Shown: piece by piece, positions 29,480 to 47,174 of the stretch | Numbering within the stretch: the stretch's first letter is position 1 | Layout: every line of letters starts with the position of its first letter | Source: the human T2T-CHM13v2.0 reference genome, Homo sapiens | Assembly: GCF_009914755.1 (NCBI RefSeq) | Contig: NC_060944.1 | Length of the DNA stretch: 64,000 nt | Strand: one strand, 5' to 3' | The notes under the pieces: model-generated | The model's input: only the letters and a program-made list of their open reading frames with translations | Database searches by the model: none | What the model was told of the DNA's origin: nothing | Made by a program: the position numbers and the translations under genes

Positions 29480-30246
29480 TTAAGTAAGTAAACACCTCAG
29501 TGTTCTCTTGGTAGTCAGGGGAAAACTAACTTCTACATGAAAAAAAGAAAAGACCAAAAACACATACACTTCTCTAAACAGGCAGATTATTTTCATTGCC
29601 AAGGACATTACAGAGACTGAGGAGTGGGTTGGAAATATATTCTATGAAAAATCGAGAATTAATACAACTGTCCTACCATGCACTTTCTGGGCATCAAAAC
29701 GCCAAGCTTCTAACTCAGACCTGAGTTCAAACTCTGACTGCCACTTACTAGCTGGGCAAGTTGCTCCTACGCCGTTGGCCTCAGTTTCCTCATCTGTAGT
29801 CTGAGACCACATTGCTGCTGGCAGGCTCGAGTGAGATCATGCCTGTGAAGTACTTGGCTCAGGCGTACTCAGAGACCCAGTTCAAACAGGGAACAGGCAG
29901 AAATTCTGCACCCCGCAAGGGTGACAGGGCGGAGGGAGGACAGGAGGGGCCCCTTTGCCGGACTGGGGATCAGTGTGCAACTAGCTGGGCCCGGAGTCCC
30001 CCACAAACCGGCCAGCTCAGAGGTTCTTCCGACAGTTTGGAGAGAGTGACACCAAGTGGCCAAGTCTGAAACTACACCTTCAAGCCGGAGGGTTAGAGCC
30101 TCTCCCCGACCCCTCCAGCTGCGGTCCTGAGCCAGGCACTGAACTTCCCTGAATCTGAGTTTTTTCAGCTGCGAAATGGAGGTAATCCTGCCTACCTGGC
30201 AGAGCGGAGGTGGGAATTAAATGAGGTAACCCGCAGAGATTCTCTC

Positions 30247-30312
30247 CAGGACCGCCATGTTGCACAACTTCAGGGGCCCCATTCATGAAACTGTGCAACA
30301 TAGCGGCACCCC
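30247..30312. mobile_element. MER91-like short hAT element (hairpin)
   Basis: gccatgttgcacaacttcaggggccccattca...tgtgcaacatagcggc. Confidence 0.55.
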
Positions 30313-30729
30313 TAACAGGTGGCTGTCATTATCATCCCTCCCTCAGACACTGAGTTTCCTTCTCTACTCCCTTAGAGCGATTCTGAAGCTGGGTCTTCCA
30401 AAGTATAGAACAAATACCAGTGGGATTCGTGGGGAGATCTTGGTGGGCACAGCACCCCAGTATCAAATAACATTTCATTCTCTGTCAATCATTCTGATGG
30501 CATCTAGGCGGCAGTCTCAGTTTGATAGAAACATGACATTAACGCCTTTCTAACACTTACCTGCCTCCCTTCCGAACTTTCTGTTTGAGAGTGGGCCTCA
30601 GACTTAGTGCCTTCAGAAGGCAAAATTATTTGGCTAGAATTTAATAAAGTTACATGTTTTCATAATATTTACTTTTTGTGGTCACCTTCTATTGAGAGCA
30701 AGTGGTGCTGGTTTTCCCTTTACAGTAGA

Positions 30730-31115
30730 TGTGGTAGATTGTATTATTGTCAAAGTATTTATCCCATTGGCAATTCCCTGGTGACCCTCCCGGCTGAAGT
30801 CAGGCTTGGCTGTGTGACTTCCTTTGGGCAACAGAGTGTGAGCTAAGCTTTCGAGAAGCGGCTTTGTCATGTGGTTTATCTCTGCTGTGAGAATGGCCTG
30901 CCCCAGGAATGGGCTGCACCTTTAACCTGGATCAGAGTAAAGATGACATACGGCCCAGAGCTGCAGTGACCCACAACCAACAAGTAATGAGAAAATAACT
31001 GAGGATTCATATTCTCAATATGAATAAGAAATCGACCTTTGTCATTAACAAGCTCCTGAGATGCTGGGGCTGTTTGTTATTGCAGTAAAACATAGCTCGA
31101 GTTGGCTGATGCAGT
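30730..31115 (+). mobile_element. MLT1H/I-like MaLR LTR
   Basis: ggcttggctgtgtgacttcctttgggc ... ctgagatgctggggctgtttgttattgcag. Confidence 0.65.
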
Positions 31116-31151
31116 AGAGTTATTAAGTTTCCTTTAAAAATAAATATACTG

Positions 31152-32495
<1,344 letters not shown>

Positions 32496-32550
32496 CATGA
32501 TGGCAAAAGGTAGACAACAACGGCTCCAGGCCCATGCTGCACGAGCTTCA

Positions 32551-33056
<506 letters not shown>

Positions 33057-33734
33057 TTACAGGGGCAGAGGAAATGGGAGCCAGGTAGGTAAAAACAATC
33101 GTCACCCACCACAAGAAGGAGGCTTATTCACCCAGCTGAGTGCCTAGGACTTAGTATGGGTCCCACGAATAAGTTTGTTCACTTTCCTTGTTTCCTTATT
33201 TGGAATCAAGTTGTATTCAGGTGGTGGCGGGGGCAGGGATAGTCTGTTAATACCGAAGATAGGACTAGAATAAGGGGCAGGCGATTCAGGCCCTCCCTGG
33301 ACACCAACATATCTATGGAATTAAAATACTGCTGAAAAAAAGTAGATGCTTAGAGCCAAAAGAAATCTTGGTTTTTCTACATGTAACTTCTTACATAATC
33401 AGCAAAATATTAATTAACCTCTCTTCTGACACTGACAAAGACACCCTTGAGAAGAAATTTAAAAAGAAACGTTGTTGGCTTGAATCTATTGCTGTTGATT
33501 AGTTTGTGACCCCACATGTGCTTATTGCATTATACAACCATAAGGCATATCACAAACCCCAAGACCAGCCAAGTGGGCCTCCTGAAATTGGCAGTCATGG
33601 TCAGCTAAAATTCTGAAACCATATGGCATAGTGCTGTTATTGGGAATGAGTAATCTATTTTGTTCCAGAATCTAAATTCTAAGCTCTGTAATAATGCCTC
33701 CAGTTGTAGAGTCTGAGAGTTGTCCCCAGTATCA

Positions 33735-34095
33735 GTTTTTCCCTTCTATAGAGGTAAATGCTCCGTGGAAACACATGGCTGGTTGCAGTAAAGACTACAT
33801 TTCCCAGCCTCCCTTGCAGCAAGAAGCGGCCATGTGACTGAGGTATGGCCAATGAGATGTGAGCAGAACATGGGACAGCAAACAAGGTGATCAGCCATTT
33901 GGACCTCTGGATGGGGTCCACATGCTGGTGAGAATGGGACAACAAGTTAGGGGCCCAAGCCTCTGACAACTTTCTGGTACAGAGCCACCGCCCAGCTCAG
34001 ACATCCCTGTGAAAAACAAATAAACGCTTATCATATTTCAGTCTCTTATTTTATGTCTCTGGGCCCCACAGACGAAATTATGTTCTAATAATACA
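33735..34095 (+). mobile_element. MLT1-like MaLR LTR
   Basis: gactacatttcccagcctcccttgcagc...gccatgtgactgaggtatggccaatgagatgtgagcag. Confidence 0.7.
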
Positions 34096-34131
34096 CCTCT
34101 AAAGAAGTTGGCCTGGCATACATAAATAAAG

Positions 34132-34302
34132 CTCTTCCTCCTTCTTCTTTTCTTCTTTTTCTTCCTCCTCCTCCTCCTCCTCTTCCTTCTTTCTTCTTCT
34201 CCTTCTCTTCCTTCTTCTCCTTCTCCTCCTCCTTCTCCTTCTCCTTCTCCTTCTTCTCCTCCTTCTCCTCCTCCTCTTCCTCCTCCTTCTTCTCTTCTTC
34301 TT
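34132..34302. repeat. Pure polypyrimidine (CTT/CCT)n tract
   Basis: About 170 nt with no purine on the + strand. Confidence 0.95.
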
Positions 34303-34314
34303 GATTCTTCTTCT

Positions 34315-34618
34315 TTTGGTTTGTTGGTTTTTTTGAAACAGAGTCTTGCTTGACACCCAGGCCTGAGTCCATTGGTGTGATCATAGCTCACTGCAGCCTT
34401 GAACTCCTTGGCTCAAGTGATCCACCTTGGCCTCTTGAGTAGCTGAGACTATAGGTGTGCACCACCATGCCTGGCTAATTTTCTTTGTAAAATTTTCTTT
34501 AGAGATGTAGTCTCACTGTGTTTCCCAGGCTGGTCTCAAACTCCTGGACTCAAGTGATCCTCCCTCCTTGGCTTCCCAAAGTGCCTGGGATTACAGATAT
34601 GATCCACCGCACTTGGCC
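34315..34618 (-). mobile_element. AluJ
   Basis: Antisense Alu. Confidence 0.9.
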
Positions 34619-34767
34619 TTCTTTTTTTTTTTTCTTTAACGGAAGTATACAAGTTTGATTCACTTATATCAGTTTATTCCTGTTCAACAAATACTTAAGA
34701 CCATCTAAAGATGCCTGCCAAGGAGGCCCCTATGTTATAGCGGCATTAAAAAAAATAACAAAAACTG

Positions 34768-34905
34768 GGCCAGGCACGATGGCTCACATCTGTAATCTCA
34801 GCACTTTGGGAAGCCAAGGTGGGAGGATTGCTTGAGCCCAGGAGTTCAAGACCAGCCTGGACAATATAACGAGACCTCATCTCTATTAAAAACAAATAAA
34901 TAAAT
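34768..34905 (+). mobile_element. FLAM/Alu left monomer
   Basis: Single left arm with A-rich tail. Confidence 0.88.
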
Positions 34906-35074
34906 GAAACCTACTCTTTGGCACCTTTAACTTAAGTCCTCCAGGGAGCTGGTTTCCAAAGCTGGCTGACTATCAGCAGCATATGGGGAGTCTTTTTAAA
35001 ATAGATTCCTGGACCTTGGCCAGTTCATTTGAAAAGCAGGATATTGGAAATCTGTAATTTTAAAAACACTCCCC

Positions 35075-35265
35075 TTCCTACCAGCTGTGTGACTTTGAGC
35101 AAGTCATTTAATTTCCGAGTGCTGCCATTGCCTCATCAGTGAAATGGGGACAATAATCGTACCTACCACATAGGTCTGTTGTGGGCATGAATTTATTTCA
35201 TATGTACAAAGCACTGAGCATAGTGCCTGGAACAGAGCAAGATCTCTGTGTGTGAGTTATCATTA
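35075..35265 (+). mobile_element. MIR
   Basis: cagctgtgtgactttgagcaagtcatttaa...gaaatggggacaataat. Confidence 0.75.
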
Positions 35266-35286
35266 TGTCTGTTGGTGGGAGTATAG

Positions 35287-35646
<360 letters not shown>

Positions 35647-35894
35647 CTATCTACCAAAGTATTAAATATGTACCCAGCAACATGGTAGCTCATCCAGGGC
35701 ACAAGAATGATCATTACAGCTTACATTTATTCAACAAGTATTTATTGAGCACCTACTACAGTACTTTAGTCAGAATAAAATAGGCTATACTGCAGGGACA
35801 AAGCCAGCGTTGCAGTGACTTAATACAGCAAAGGTTCATTTCTTGCTTTTGCATTATGATACAAATTGAGTACTTTTCTCCATCTGGAACAGGC

Positions 35895-36423
35895 TGATGC
35901 AGGTGAATCCCAAAATCAGGGCTCAGCCTGGGAGGGTTCTTGGCTTCACTCAGGAAAGAATTCAAGAGTGAGCCAACAGTGAAAGAAAGCAAGTTTATTA
36001 GAGCAGCAGTGTGCAGCAGAGGGGCTGCTCCGTAGACAGAGCAGGGCTACTCCATAGGCAGAGCAGCCCAGAACAGCAGCAAAGACCACAGCCCAGAGCA
36101 ATAGTCCTTGCAGACCAGGGCTACCGATATTTATACCCACTCTTAATTATATGCTAATGAAGGGGCGGGTTATTCAGAATTTTCTAGAAAAGTGGCAGAG
36201 GGTTCCCAGAACTATATAAGGTAACTTCCAGGTCATTGCCATGGCATTTGCAGACTGTCCTGGTGCTGGTGGGAGTATCTTTATGCTATGAGCAGTGAGG
36301 GCAACTAGAGGTCACTTTTGTCACCATCTGCTTGTTTCAGCGAGTTTCTTTACTGCATCCTGTTTTGATCAGCAGGGCTGTGATTTGTGCTTGGAAAATA
36401 AGTCCTACTGATCTCCTACCTCA
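35895..36423 (-). mobile_element. ERV1 solo LTR, MER66/MER41-related, nested in an MLT1K-like LTR (~35765-36650)
   Basis: TG...CA ends (minus strand begins TGAGGTAGGAGATCAG); gttcttggcttcactcaggaaagaattcaag; taaggtaacttccaggtcattgccatggcatttg. Confidence 0.75.
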
Positions 36424-36774
36424 CCTTCTTTATCTGGAAAAGGAAGTCTTAGAGATGAACACTGTAGGCAAAGAGAGAGCTAGAAGGTAACATGGAATTT
36501 TTCAACGGCCAGACCTGAAAGTAGCTTCCATCACTTTTGCATATCCCATTGGGCATAAATGAGCCATGTACTTTCAACCTTACTGCAAGGAAGGCTGGGA
36601 AAGGTAGAGGAGCATGTAGATATTGAGTGAGGGGTGTCTTTGTGACATCTACTATGTTCAAAGACAGTGCTAGGAGCTGGGGCAGTCATGGGGGAGCAAG
36701 ACCAACAAGGTTCCTGCTCTCATAGGTCCTCCCTTCTAATGAGGGAGATAGACAATAAACCTCTGCTCTAAACA

Positions 36775-37170
36775 TGATCCCAGATATATGTCATTTTGCA
36801 CTTGAGCAAGAATATCTGATGGATACATTTTCAGAATCTGTGGCTGCTGCGTCAAAGGGTATATATATTTGTCATTTCAACAGATATGGTCAAATTGTCC
36901 TCCATAGGACTGTGCCAATTTCCACCTCCACCATCAAGGTACAAAAGTGCTTTTTTTTGCCTGCAGGCTTGCCAACACAGTGTGTTATCAGACTTTTGGA
37001 TTTTTGCCAATCTGATAGGCGAGAAATGATCTCTGTGTACTTTTAATTTGCATTTTTCTTATTATAAAGGAAGTTGAACATCCTTTCACATGTTTATGAG
37101 CTATTTGTATTTCCTTTTCTGTGTACTTGTGTGTACATATCCCTCATCCATTTTCCTCTGAGTCATTGAT
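36775..37170 (-). mobile_element. L1ME-like fragment
   Basis: caaattgtcctccatagg...gatttttgccaatctgatagg...ttaatttgcattttt. Confidence 0.75.
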
Positions 37171-37184
37171 TGAGGATATTACTA

Positions 37185-37606
<422 letters not shown>

Positions 37607-37771
37607 GAAGGTGTAAACAACTACAGATGTCCACCATGAACACCTCCTGTGTGCAAGGCACTGTGGAAGCTGCTGGGAATACAATGGTGAACAAGATGTG
37701 TGTGGTCCCTGCCCTCAAGGAGCTAACATCTTAGAGGGTGAGAGAAGAAGGGCAAATTAACAAATGTTTTA

Positions 37772-38102
<331 letters not shown>

Positions 38103-38157
38103 TCAAAAAGAGGAAAAAGCAAATGGCTCTTAAGCATACCAAAAGATGCTCAGTTTT

Positions 38158-38443
<286 letters not shown>

Positions 38444-38809
38444 TCAATTGCATGTATAAAAAGAGAAATGAGATACCATTTCCTACCACCACCCCGCCCC
38501 CACCATTGCACTGGTTTAACCAAAGTCTCAAATTGACAATCCACTGTGTTGGTAAGGGTGTCAGAAAATGAGCACACGCAAACTGATGCGACTCCACATG
38601 AAGAGGACTTTGGCATTATTCATTAAGTTTAAAATGACCATAGCTGTTACCAAGGCAATTCTGCTTTTAGGAGTTCATCCTACAGATTTATTCACACACA
38701 GCATGGACGCATAACATTTTAAGGGAATGGGGAGGAACAGAATATATATTCACATTTGCTTGTACATGCATAAACCATCTTAGAAAGATATGCAATGGAC
38801 TAATAACTG

Positions 38810-39400
38810 ATTGTGGGAAGGAACAGCATATGCAAAAGGCCCCAAGCTGAAAAAGAGGTTGGTGTATTTCAGGAACTAAGAGTGTGCCTGGGAAGGATGA
38901 CATGTGACAAGTGGTGGCCTGAGGCTGCTGAGCCTTGTAGATCACCACTTAGGAGTCTGGTCTTGAGTCCAAATGCAGTGGGAAGACATTCAAAAGAAGA
39001 TGATCTGATTTCCATTTTAAAAGCATCTTGCTGCCATTTGGAGAAACTACTGGAGGAAGGCAAGACGCAAGTCAGGAGACTGATTAGCAGGCTGGACAGT
39101 TCCCTGAGGGAGGGACAGGGAGCGGGTGGCTGCACCTGAGAGGTGGCAGTGGTGAAAACGAGCAGGCAGATTGAAGACAGTTTGAAATTGCAATGGATGA
39201 GTTGGATGTGGCCCAGGAGGGGTAACAGAGCAGACTCAAGGAAGACTCAAGGCTGAATTCTGGCTTACGTGGCCACATGGGTGGCTATGGAGGCTACTGG
39301 GCTGGGAAGGCTAGAGAAAGGGGCCCAGATTTCGCTTGGGTACCCCAGGGTGGGGTGTGTTAAGGTTGAGAAGTCAATAAACATCTGAGTGGCAACTTCC
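38810..39400 (-). mobile_element. L2 LINE
   Basis: gggaaggaacagcatatgcaaaaggccc...tgatctgatttccattttaaaagcatc...gactcaaggaagactcaagg. Confidence 0.75.
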
Positions 39401-39489
39401 CCCTCTCTCTCCACTTCCCCAACCCCGCCTAGGGTCATGGTGAGGGTGGGGAGTGGGAAAAGGGCAGGGCATAAAAATAAAAAATAAAA

Positions 39490-40590
<1,101 letters not shown>

Positions 40591-40815
40591 TGAGAAACCA
40601 AGTTTCCTGGAAGCACAAAAGGCAAGGCAAGATCTATTTTGAAGCAAGCTCAGAGTGGCAGCAGATTATGTAGGGGCCACAAGGCAGCCTTTAAGCTGCA
40701 CCTCAAAAATAGCATCTGTCCCCTGGATATTTTAAGAGTGTCCTCTGCAGGGCATGGCAGGAGCCAGAGGCCTGTTTGGGCATCTCCAAGCGTGCACCTA
40801 AAGAATGTATCATCT

Positions 40816-41069
40816 GGCCGGGCACGGTGGCTCATGCCTATAATCCCAGCACTTTGGGAGGCCAAGGCGGGTGGATCACCTGAGGCCGGGAGTTCAAGAC
40901 AAGCCTGGCCAACATGGTGAAACCCCGTCTCTACTAAAAATACAAAAATTAGCCAGGCAAGGTGGTGCATGCCTGTAATCCCGGCTGCTGGGGAGGCTGA
41001 GGCAGTAGAATCACTTGAACCCAGGAAGCGAAGTTTGCAGTGAGCTAAAAAAAAAAAAAAAAAAAAAAA
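40816..41069 (+). mobile_element. AluS (3' deleted)
   Basis: Alu; TSD gaatgtatca. Confidence 0.92.
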
Positions 41070-41168
41070 GGAATGTATCACCCCGCCTCCCCTTGACCCT
41101 GAGCACCACCCGGCTCCAAAGCTGTGTCAGCAGCAATATAAAAGGTGCAGAGATAAAGAGAGACATTT

Positions 41169-41202
41169 AATTAGAAGATGATTTGGAAATCATCTTCTAA
41201 TT
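41169..41202. repeat. 34-bp inverted repeat (16-bp arms, 2-nt loop)
   Basis: AATTAGAAGATGATTT-GG-AAATCATCTTCTAATT. Confidence 0.95.
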
Positions 41203-41758
41203 TAGGAACCAAGCTGCAAAATATCTTTCTCCCTTAATGGCACAAATGGGGAATTTGGACTTTGAACCTTTTCTCTTGTCAGGCCACCAAAAACGTCTTC
41301 CTGTATTAATAGAAGGCAAATGTAAGGATTCAGGGCCAGGAGGGCTGTGGGCTGTGGGTCTTAGATTGTCTAGAGTCAGAACATTAAGAACATGAGAGCC
41401 CTTTCTGGACCTCTTTGTTTATGCGGGGCTTCTGCTGGGGCTTATAATCACCTCATCACTGCTGCTATTTTTGCAGTAATTATTAAGTACTTTAATACGT
41501 GCACAGGGCATGTGCAGTCCTTCAATTACACTGCTCCTGCCTCATTGTCGGGAGGCGAGTTGGAATTGTTCTCCTTGTTTTGCACAAAAGAAAGCAAAGG
41601 CCTGGGTGAATGAACAAGTTCAGGGTCAAAAATGAGTCAGCACAAGGGAGATGGCAGGAGGTGGGTGGGAACCCGGCAGTCCCTAGTTCCCGCCCAGCTT
41701 GAAGTGCTAGCAGGTCTAAATTCAAGGCATGTGCCACATCCTTGAAGAAGTGATCGAC

Positions 41759-42210
<452 letters not shown>

Positions 42211-42624
42211 TCATTGTTAATTTTGGAAGGTGTGCTAATAGCATGGTGGTTTCAGAAAAAAAAAAAAAAAGAACAACTTAGTATCAACTACTGGTGAAGT
42301 GACAAAAGGCTTACGATGAAATTGACAAAATGAATGTGGATAATTGCTGAAGGTGGATACTGGAGAGTTAGTTATATGACTCTATTTTTCTAGATGATGT
42401 TTGAAATTTTCCATAGTACATGTTTTGAAATTGTATAGACTAAATGTTGCAAACTTGTATCTTATGGGTAAAATGCTGCTCACAAAAATCCTGTACCTCC
42501 TTTAGATGGGTCCTTGGCTCTCAGTGTGCCACAGTCCCCACCCTTCCCTATTATAGCCTGACACTGTTCATCATCACTCTTGGGTCACTGTTTTTGTTTA
42601 AGTAGAATTAAAAGGAAACTGAAT

Positions 42625-43305
42625 GAGTTCTCTTGGGGCAAGACTGTTATTTGCCATCCATATGTCCAACCTCTACTTCTTTCTTACTTATAGAAACTCC
42701 TACACTATTGGCAATGCATTTTGAAATAACATTTCCCAGTTTCTCTTGAAGCTAAGAATTGCCCAGTGTTTCTCAGTCAGAGGTGATTTTGTCCCCCAGA
42801 GGACATCTGGCAAAGTCTTGGAAGACAGTTTTGGTTACCACAACAGGGGCAGGGAGGGAGGCAGGGAGTGCTCTACTGACATCTGGTGGGTGGGTAGAGG
42901 TCAGGGTACTGCTAGACAGCCCTCCAATCCCCAGGTCTCCCTCCCACAACAAAGAATTATGCAGTCCAAAATGTCAGTAGTGCCCGATTGAATGGCCAAT
43001 GCATGATAAGTGGAAGTTGATGTTGGGGTTTCCAAGAAAGCCCTTTGGTGTCTTGCCAATCTTCCTAGAATATAAACATGATGGCTGGAGTTTGAGCAGC
43101 CATTCTGTGACCTTGAGGAGGGAGGTTCTATGCTAAAGATGGAAGGAAATGGGATCCCCGAAAACATCATAGAATTGCCATATCTGTTCTTTGGAATGCA
43201 GATTTTCAGACATGGTTTTATGTGAAAGAAATAAATCTCTAATATGTTTAAGTCACTGAAATCAAGTCTCTGTTACTGTCAGCCAAGTGCAGTTTCTAAA
43301 TGATT
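42625..43305 (+). mobile_element. MLT1-like LTR with nested MER20 (~42765-42990)
   Basis: acatttcccagtttctcttgaagcta...gatggctggagtttgagcagccatt; MER20 ccccagaggacatctggcaaagtcttggaagacagttttggtt. Confidence 0.7.
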
Positions 43306-43372
43306 TGTCTCTGTGCCCAGTTCTCTATGCTAATGGAGAAAGGAAAGATAGACTAAGAGGGCCATATGTTTA

Positions 43373-43720
<348 letters not shown>

Positions 43721-43973
43721 TCATAACAATGAAACAGTTCATTGCCTTCATTTATGTCACTTCTTGATCCCTGTAGGCATTTGAGTTTGCAACTCCTGGA
43801 CTGGTCCTTAACCAAAAAGATGAGGAAACTGAGGTCCTCAGCAGGTTAATGATGAGTTAGGAGTGAATCCACAACCTGGTCCCTCTCCCCGCATTTCTAA
43901 GGTACCAAGGCCTACGCACTGGCGAAGAATATGGTTTCTGCAGCCAGACAGACGTTGGTTCAAACACTGGTAC

Positions 43974-45123
43974 TGACACAGGAAAAGTTCCCTTATCCTC
44001 CTCGAAGGGCATGCGATGGGGGTGTGGCTCACTTCCTCAGTGCTTCGCTGCTCAAAACCCCTAGGGGGAGCAGGCAGACGGGCAGGGTGTGGGACTCTGG
44101 CCACGCAGTGTCTAGGCGTGAATGTTTACAGCTCCTGAGGCCCCAGTGGGCGTGTGTTCCAGGGTGCTCTTTTCGTTTAACCGTCCATAGACAGCTTGTG
44201 TTAGCTCAATTAGACCCCTTGCCTTATCTCAAGGACAGAGGGCTATCTGTATCCTGGGGTTTCTTGCCTTGGCGTACCTGAAGAACTGGATCACACGTAG
44301 GCTTGGAGAATGAACGCAAGGTTTTATTGAGTGGAGGTAGCTCTCAGCAGATGGGGGAGCCAAAGGGGATGGAGTGGGAAGGCGATTTTCCCCTGGACCT
44401 GGGCCGCTGAGTGGCCCAGGCTCTCCTCCCACCACCCCAGCCAAACTCCAAGTTGTTCCACCAGTCGATGGCCTGCTGGCATCTGCCGGTGCCTGATGGT
44501 GTGCTCTCATGCCAGTTCCTTCTTCTCCAGGTCTAGTTGCTTGTGTCTTTTTTTTTTTTTTTTTTTTTGAGATTTAGTCTCACTCTGTTACTCAAGCTGG
44601 AGTGCAGTGGCACGATCTGGGCTCACTGCAACCTCTGCCTCCTGGGTTCAAGTGATTCTAGTGCCTCAGCTGGGACTACAGGCACCTGCCACCACGCCCG
44701 CCTAATTTTTTTGTATCTTTTTTTTTTTTTTTTTTTTTTTTTAGTAAAGATGGGGTTTCACCATGTTGGCCAGGCTGGTCTCAAACTCCTGACCTCAAGT
44801 GATCTGCCCGCCTTGGCCTCCCAAAGTGCTGGGATTACAGGCGTGAGCCACCGCACCTGGCCATCGCTTGTGTCTTCTTCCACCAGTGCGTTCTTCTTGG
44901 CATCCAGCCACTTGTGTCTCTGCCTGCTAGGGTCTGGGGGTTTCTATAGGCATAGGATGGGGGCGTGGCAAGCCAGGGTGGTCTTGGGAAATGCAACATT
45001 CGTGCAGGAAAACAGAAATGCCTGTCCTCACGTAGGTCCATGGGCACAGGCCCAGGGGTGAAGCCCTACCCAGGGACCACGCCCTTCCCTTCCCAGCACT
45101 TCCCTGCCCCCACTCCCGTATCA
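43974..45123 (-). mobile_element. ERV1 solo LTR (LTR27/LTR28-like), complete, inserted into a MIR
   Basis: TG...CA termini; 4-bp TSD GTAC at 43970-43973 and 45124-45127; minus strand starts TGATACGGGAGTGGGGGCAGGGAAGTGCTGGG; AATAAA on minus at ~44323; MIR halves on both sides. Confidence 0.82.
44548..44862 (-). mobile_element. AluS inside the LTR
   Basis: TSD gcttgtgtctt. Confidence 0.93.
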
Positions 45124-45448
45124 GTACCACCAATTACTAGCTCCGTGGCTTTATGCAGCTCACTTAGCTTCTCTGTCTCTCAGTTTCTGATGCGTAAAAC
45201 AAGGATGACAATAAAGGCACCTATTGCCTAGGGCCATTAGGTGGATTCACATCAGTCTGTGCCCTGGCAGGAGGAGAGTTTTATGAATGGACTGTCTATA
45301 AAATGTAGGTGGGGACCGTCCATTTCTCCAACAGCTGGGAAGGATGTTGGTGTTGAAGTTTACACACCTATCAAGGACAGTAACTACCATGGCTTCTGGT
45401 GCTTTGACAAAACCTCCAATGCATAGCCTTCTGGTTAAGCGTCTGTGA

Positions 45449-45610
<162 letters not shown>

Positions 45611-45726
45611 TGATCTTGGAATATGAAGAATTTCTTTGAGTTGAAATATCTAGAAGTTTGTCACTGACTTGTGTTCCTGAACTATGAAACATGAATGAAT
45701 ATGTCAGCTAAGAAATAGTTTCTCTT

Positions 45727-46050
45727 GGTCAGGCGTGGTGGCTCATGCCTGTTATCCCAGCACTTTGGGAAGCTGAGGCGGGCAGATCGCTTGAGATCAG
45801 GAGTTCGAGACCAGTCTGGCCAACATGGTGAAACCCCATCTCTACTAAAAATACAAAATTAGCTGGGCATGGTGGGCATGCCTGTAATCCCAGCTTCTTG
45901 GGAGGCCGAGGCAGAAGAATTGCTTGAACCTGGGAGGTGGAGGTTGCAGTGAGCTGAGATCGCAGCACCGCCCTGCAGCCTGGGCAACAGAGCCAGACTG
46001 TCTGAAAAAAAAAAAAAAAAAAGAAAAGAAAAAAGAAAGAAAGAAAGAAA
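45727..46050 (+). mobile_element. AluS in the pseudogene 3'UTR
   Basis: Full Alu. Confidence 0.93.
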
Positions 46051-46059
46051 GAGTTTCTT

Positions 46060-46376
<317 letters not shown>

Positions 46377-46827
46377 AAGAAATAGTTTCTCTTGATAAAT
46401 AAACAATTAACAACAACAATAACAAAATGTAGGTGGGATTTACAGAACCCAGGGATGCTGCATCACTCCAGCGATAGTAACAAAGGGAGTTTATCACAGC
46501 TAGATAGTAACAGAGGGGTCCTTAGCACCCCCACATAGTAACAGTGGCCTGGAGGAGCAAGGGAAGAAGTGGTCTCCAGGTCCAGAGAGAGGGAGCTCTA
46601 CAGAGAGGCCACCTGACAGAAGCTGTGTCATCCTTCAGTCAAGGGACACAGTAGACCATGGTGACCCAACAGGAGAGCTGGGGGAATAAACAGCTCCTCT
46701 GGAATTGAGATGTTCAGTTAGCCAAGTGCATTTGTTAGCTGCCCAACCACTCTAAGCTCACGAGGAGCAAGAGAAAGCATGCCTTCTTAGTAGCTACTAA
46801 ACAAATCCTGAGATGAACTCTGATTGA

Positions 46828-47174
<347 letters not shown>

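Noticed and set aside
34038-34391. Poly-Arg, poly-Glu and Gly/Glu ORFs resembling protamine or acidic proteins
   Set aside because: Translations of the polypurine tract in three frames.
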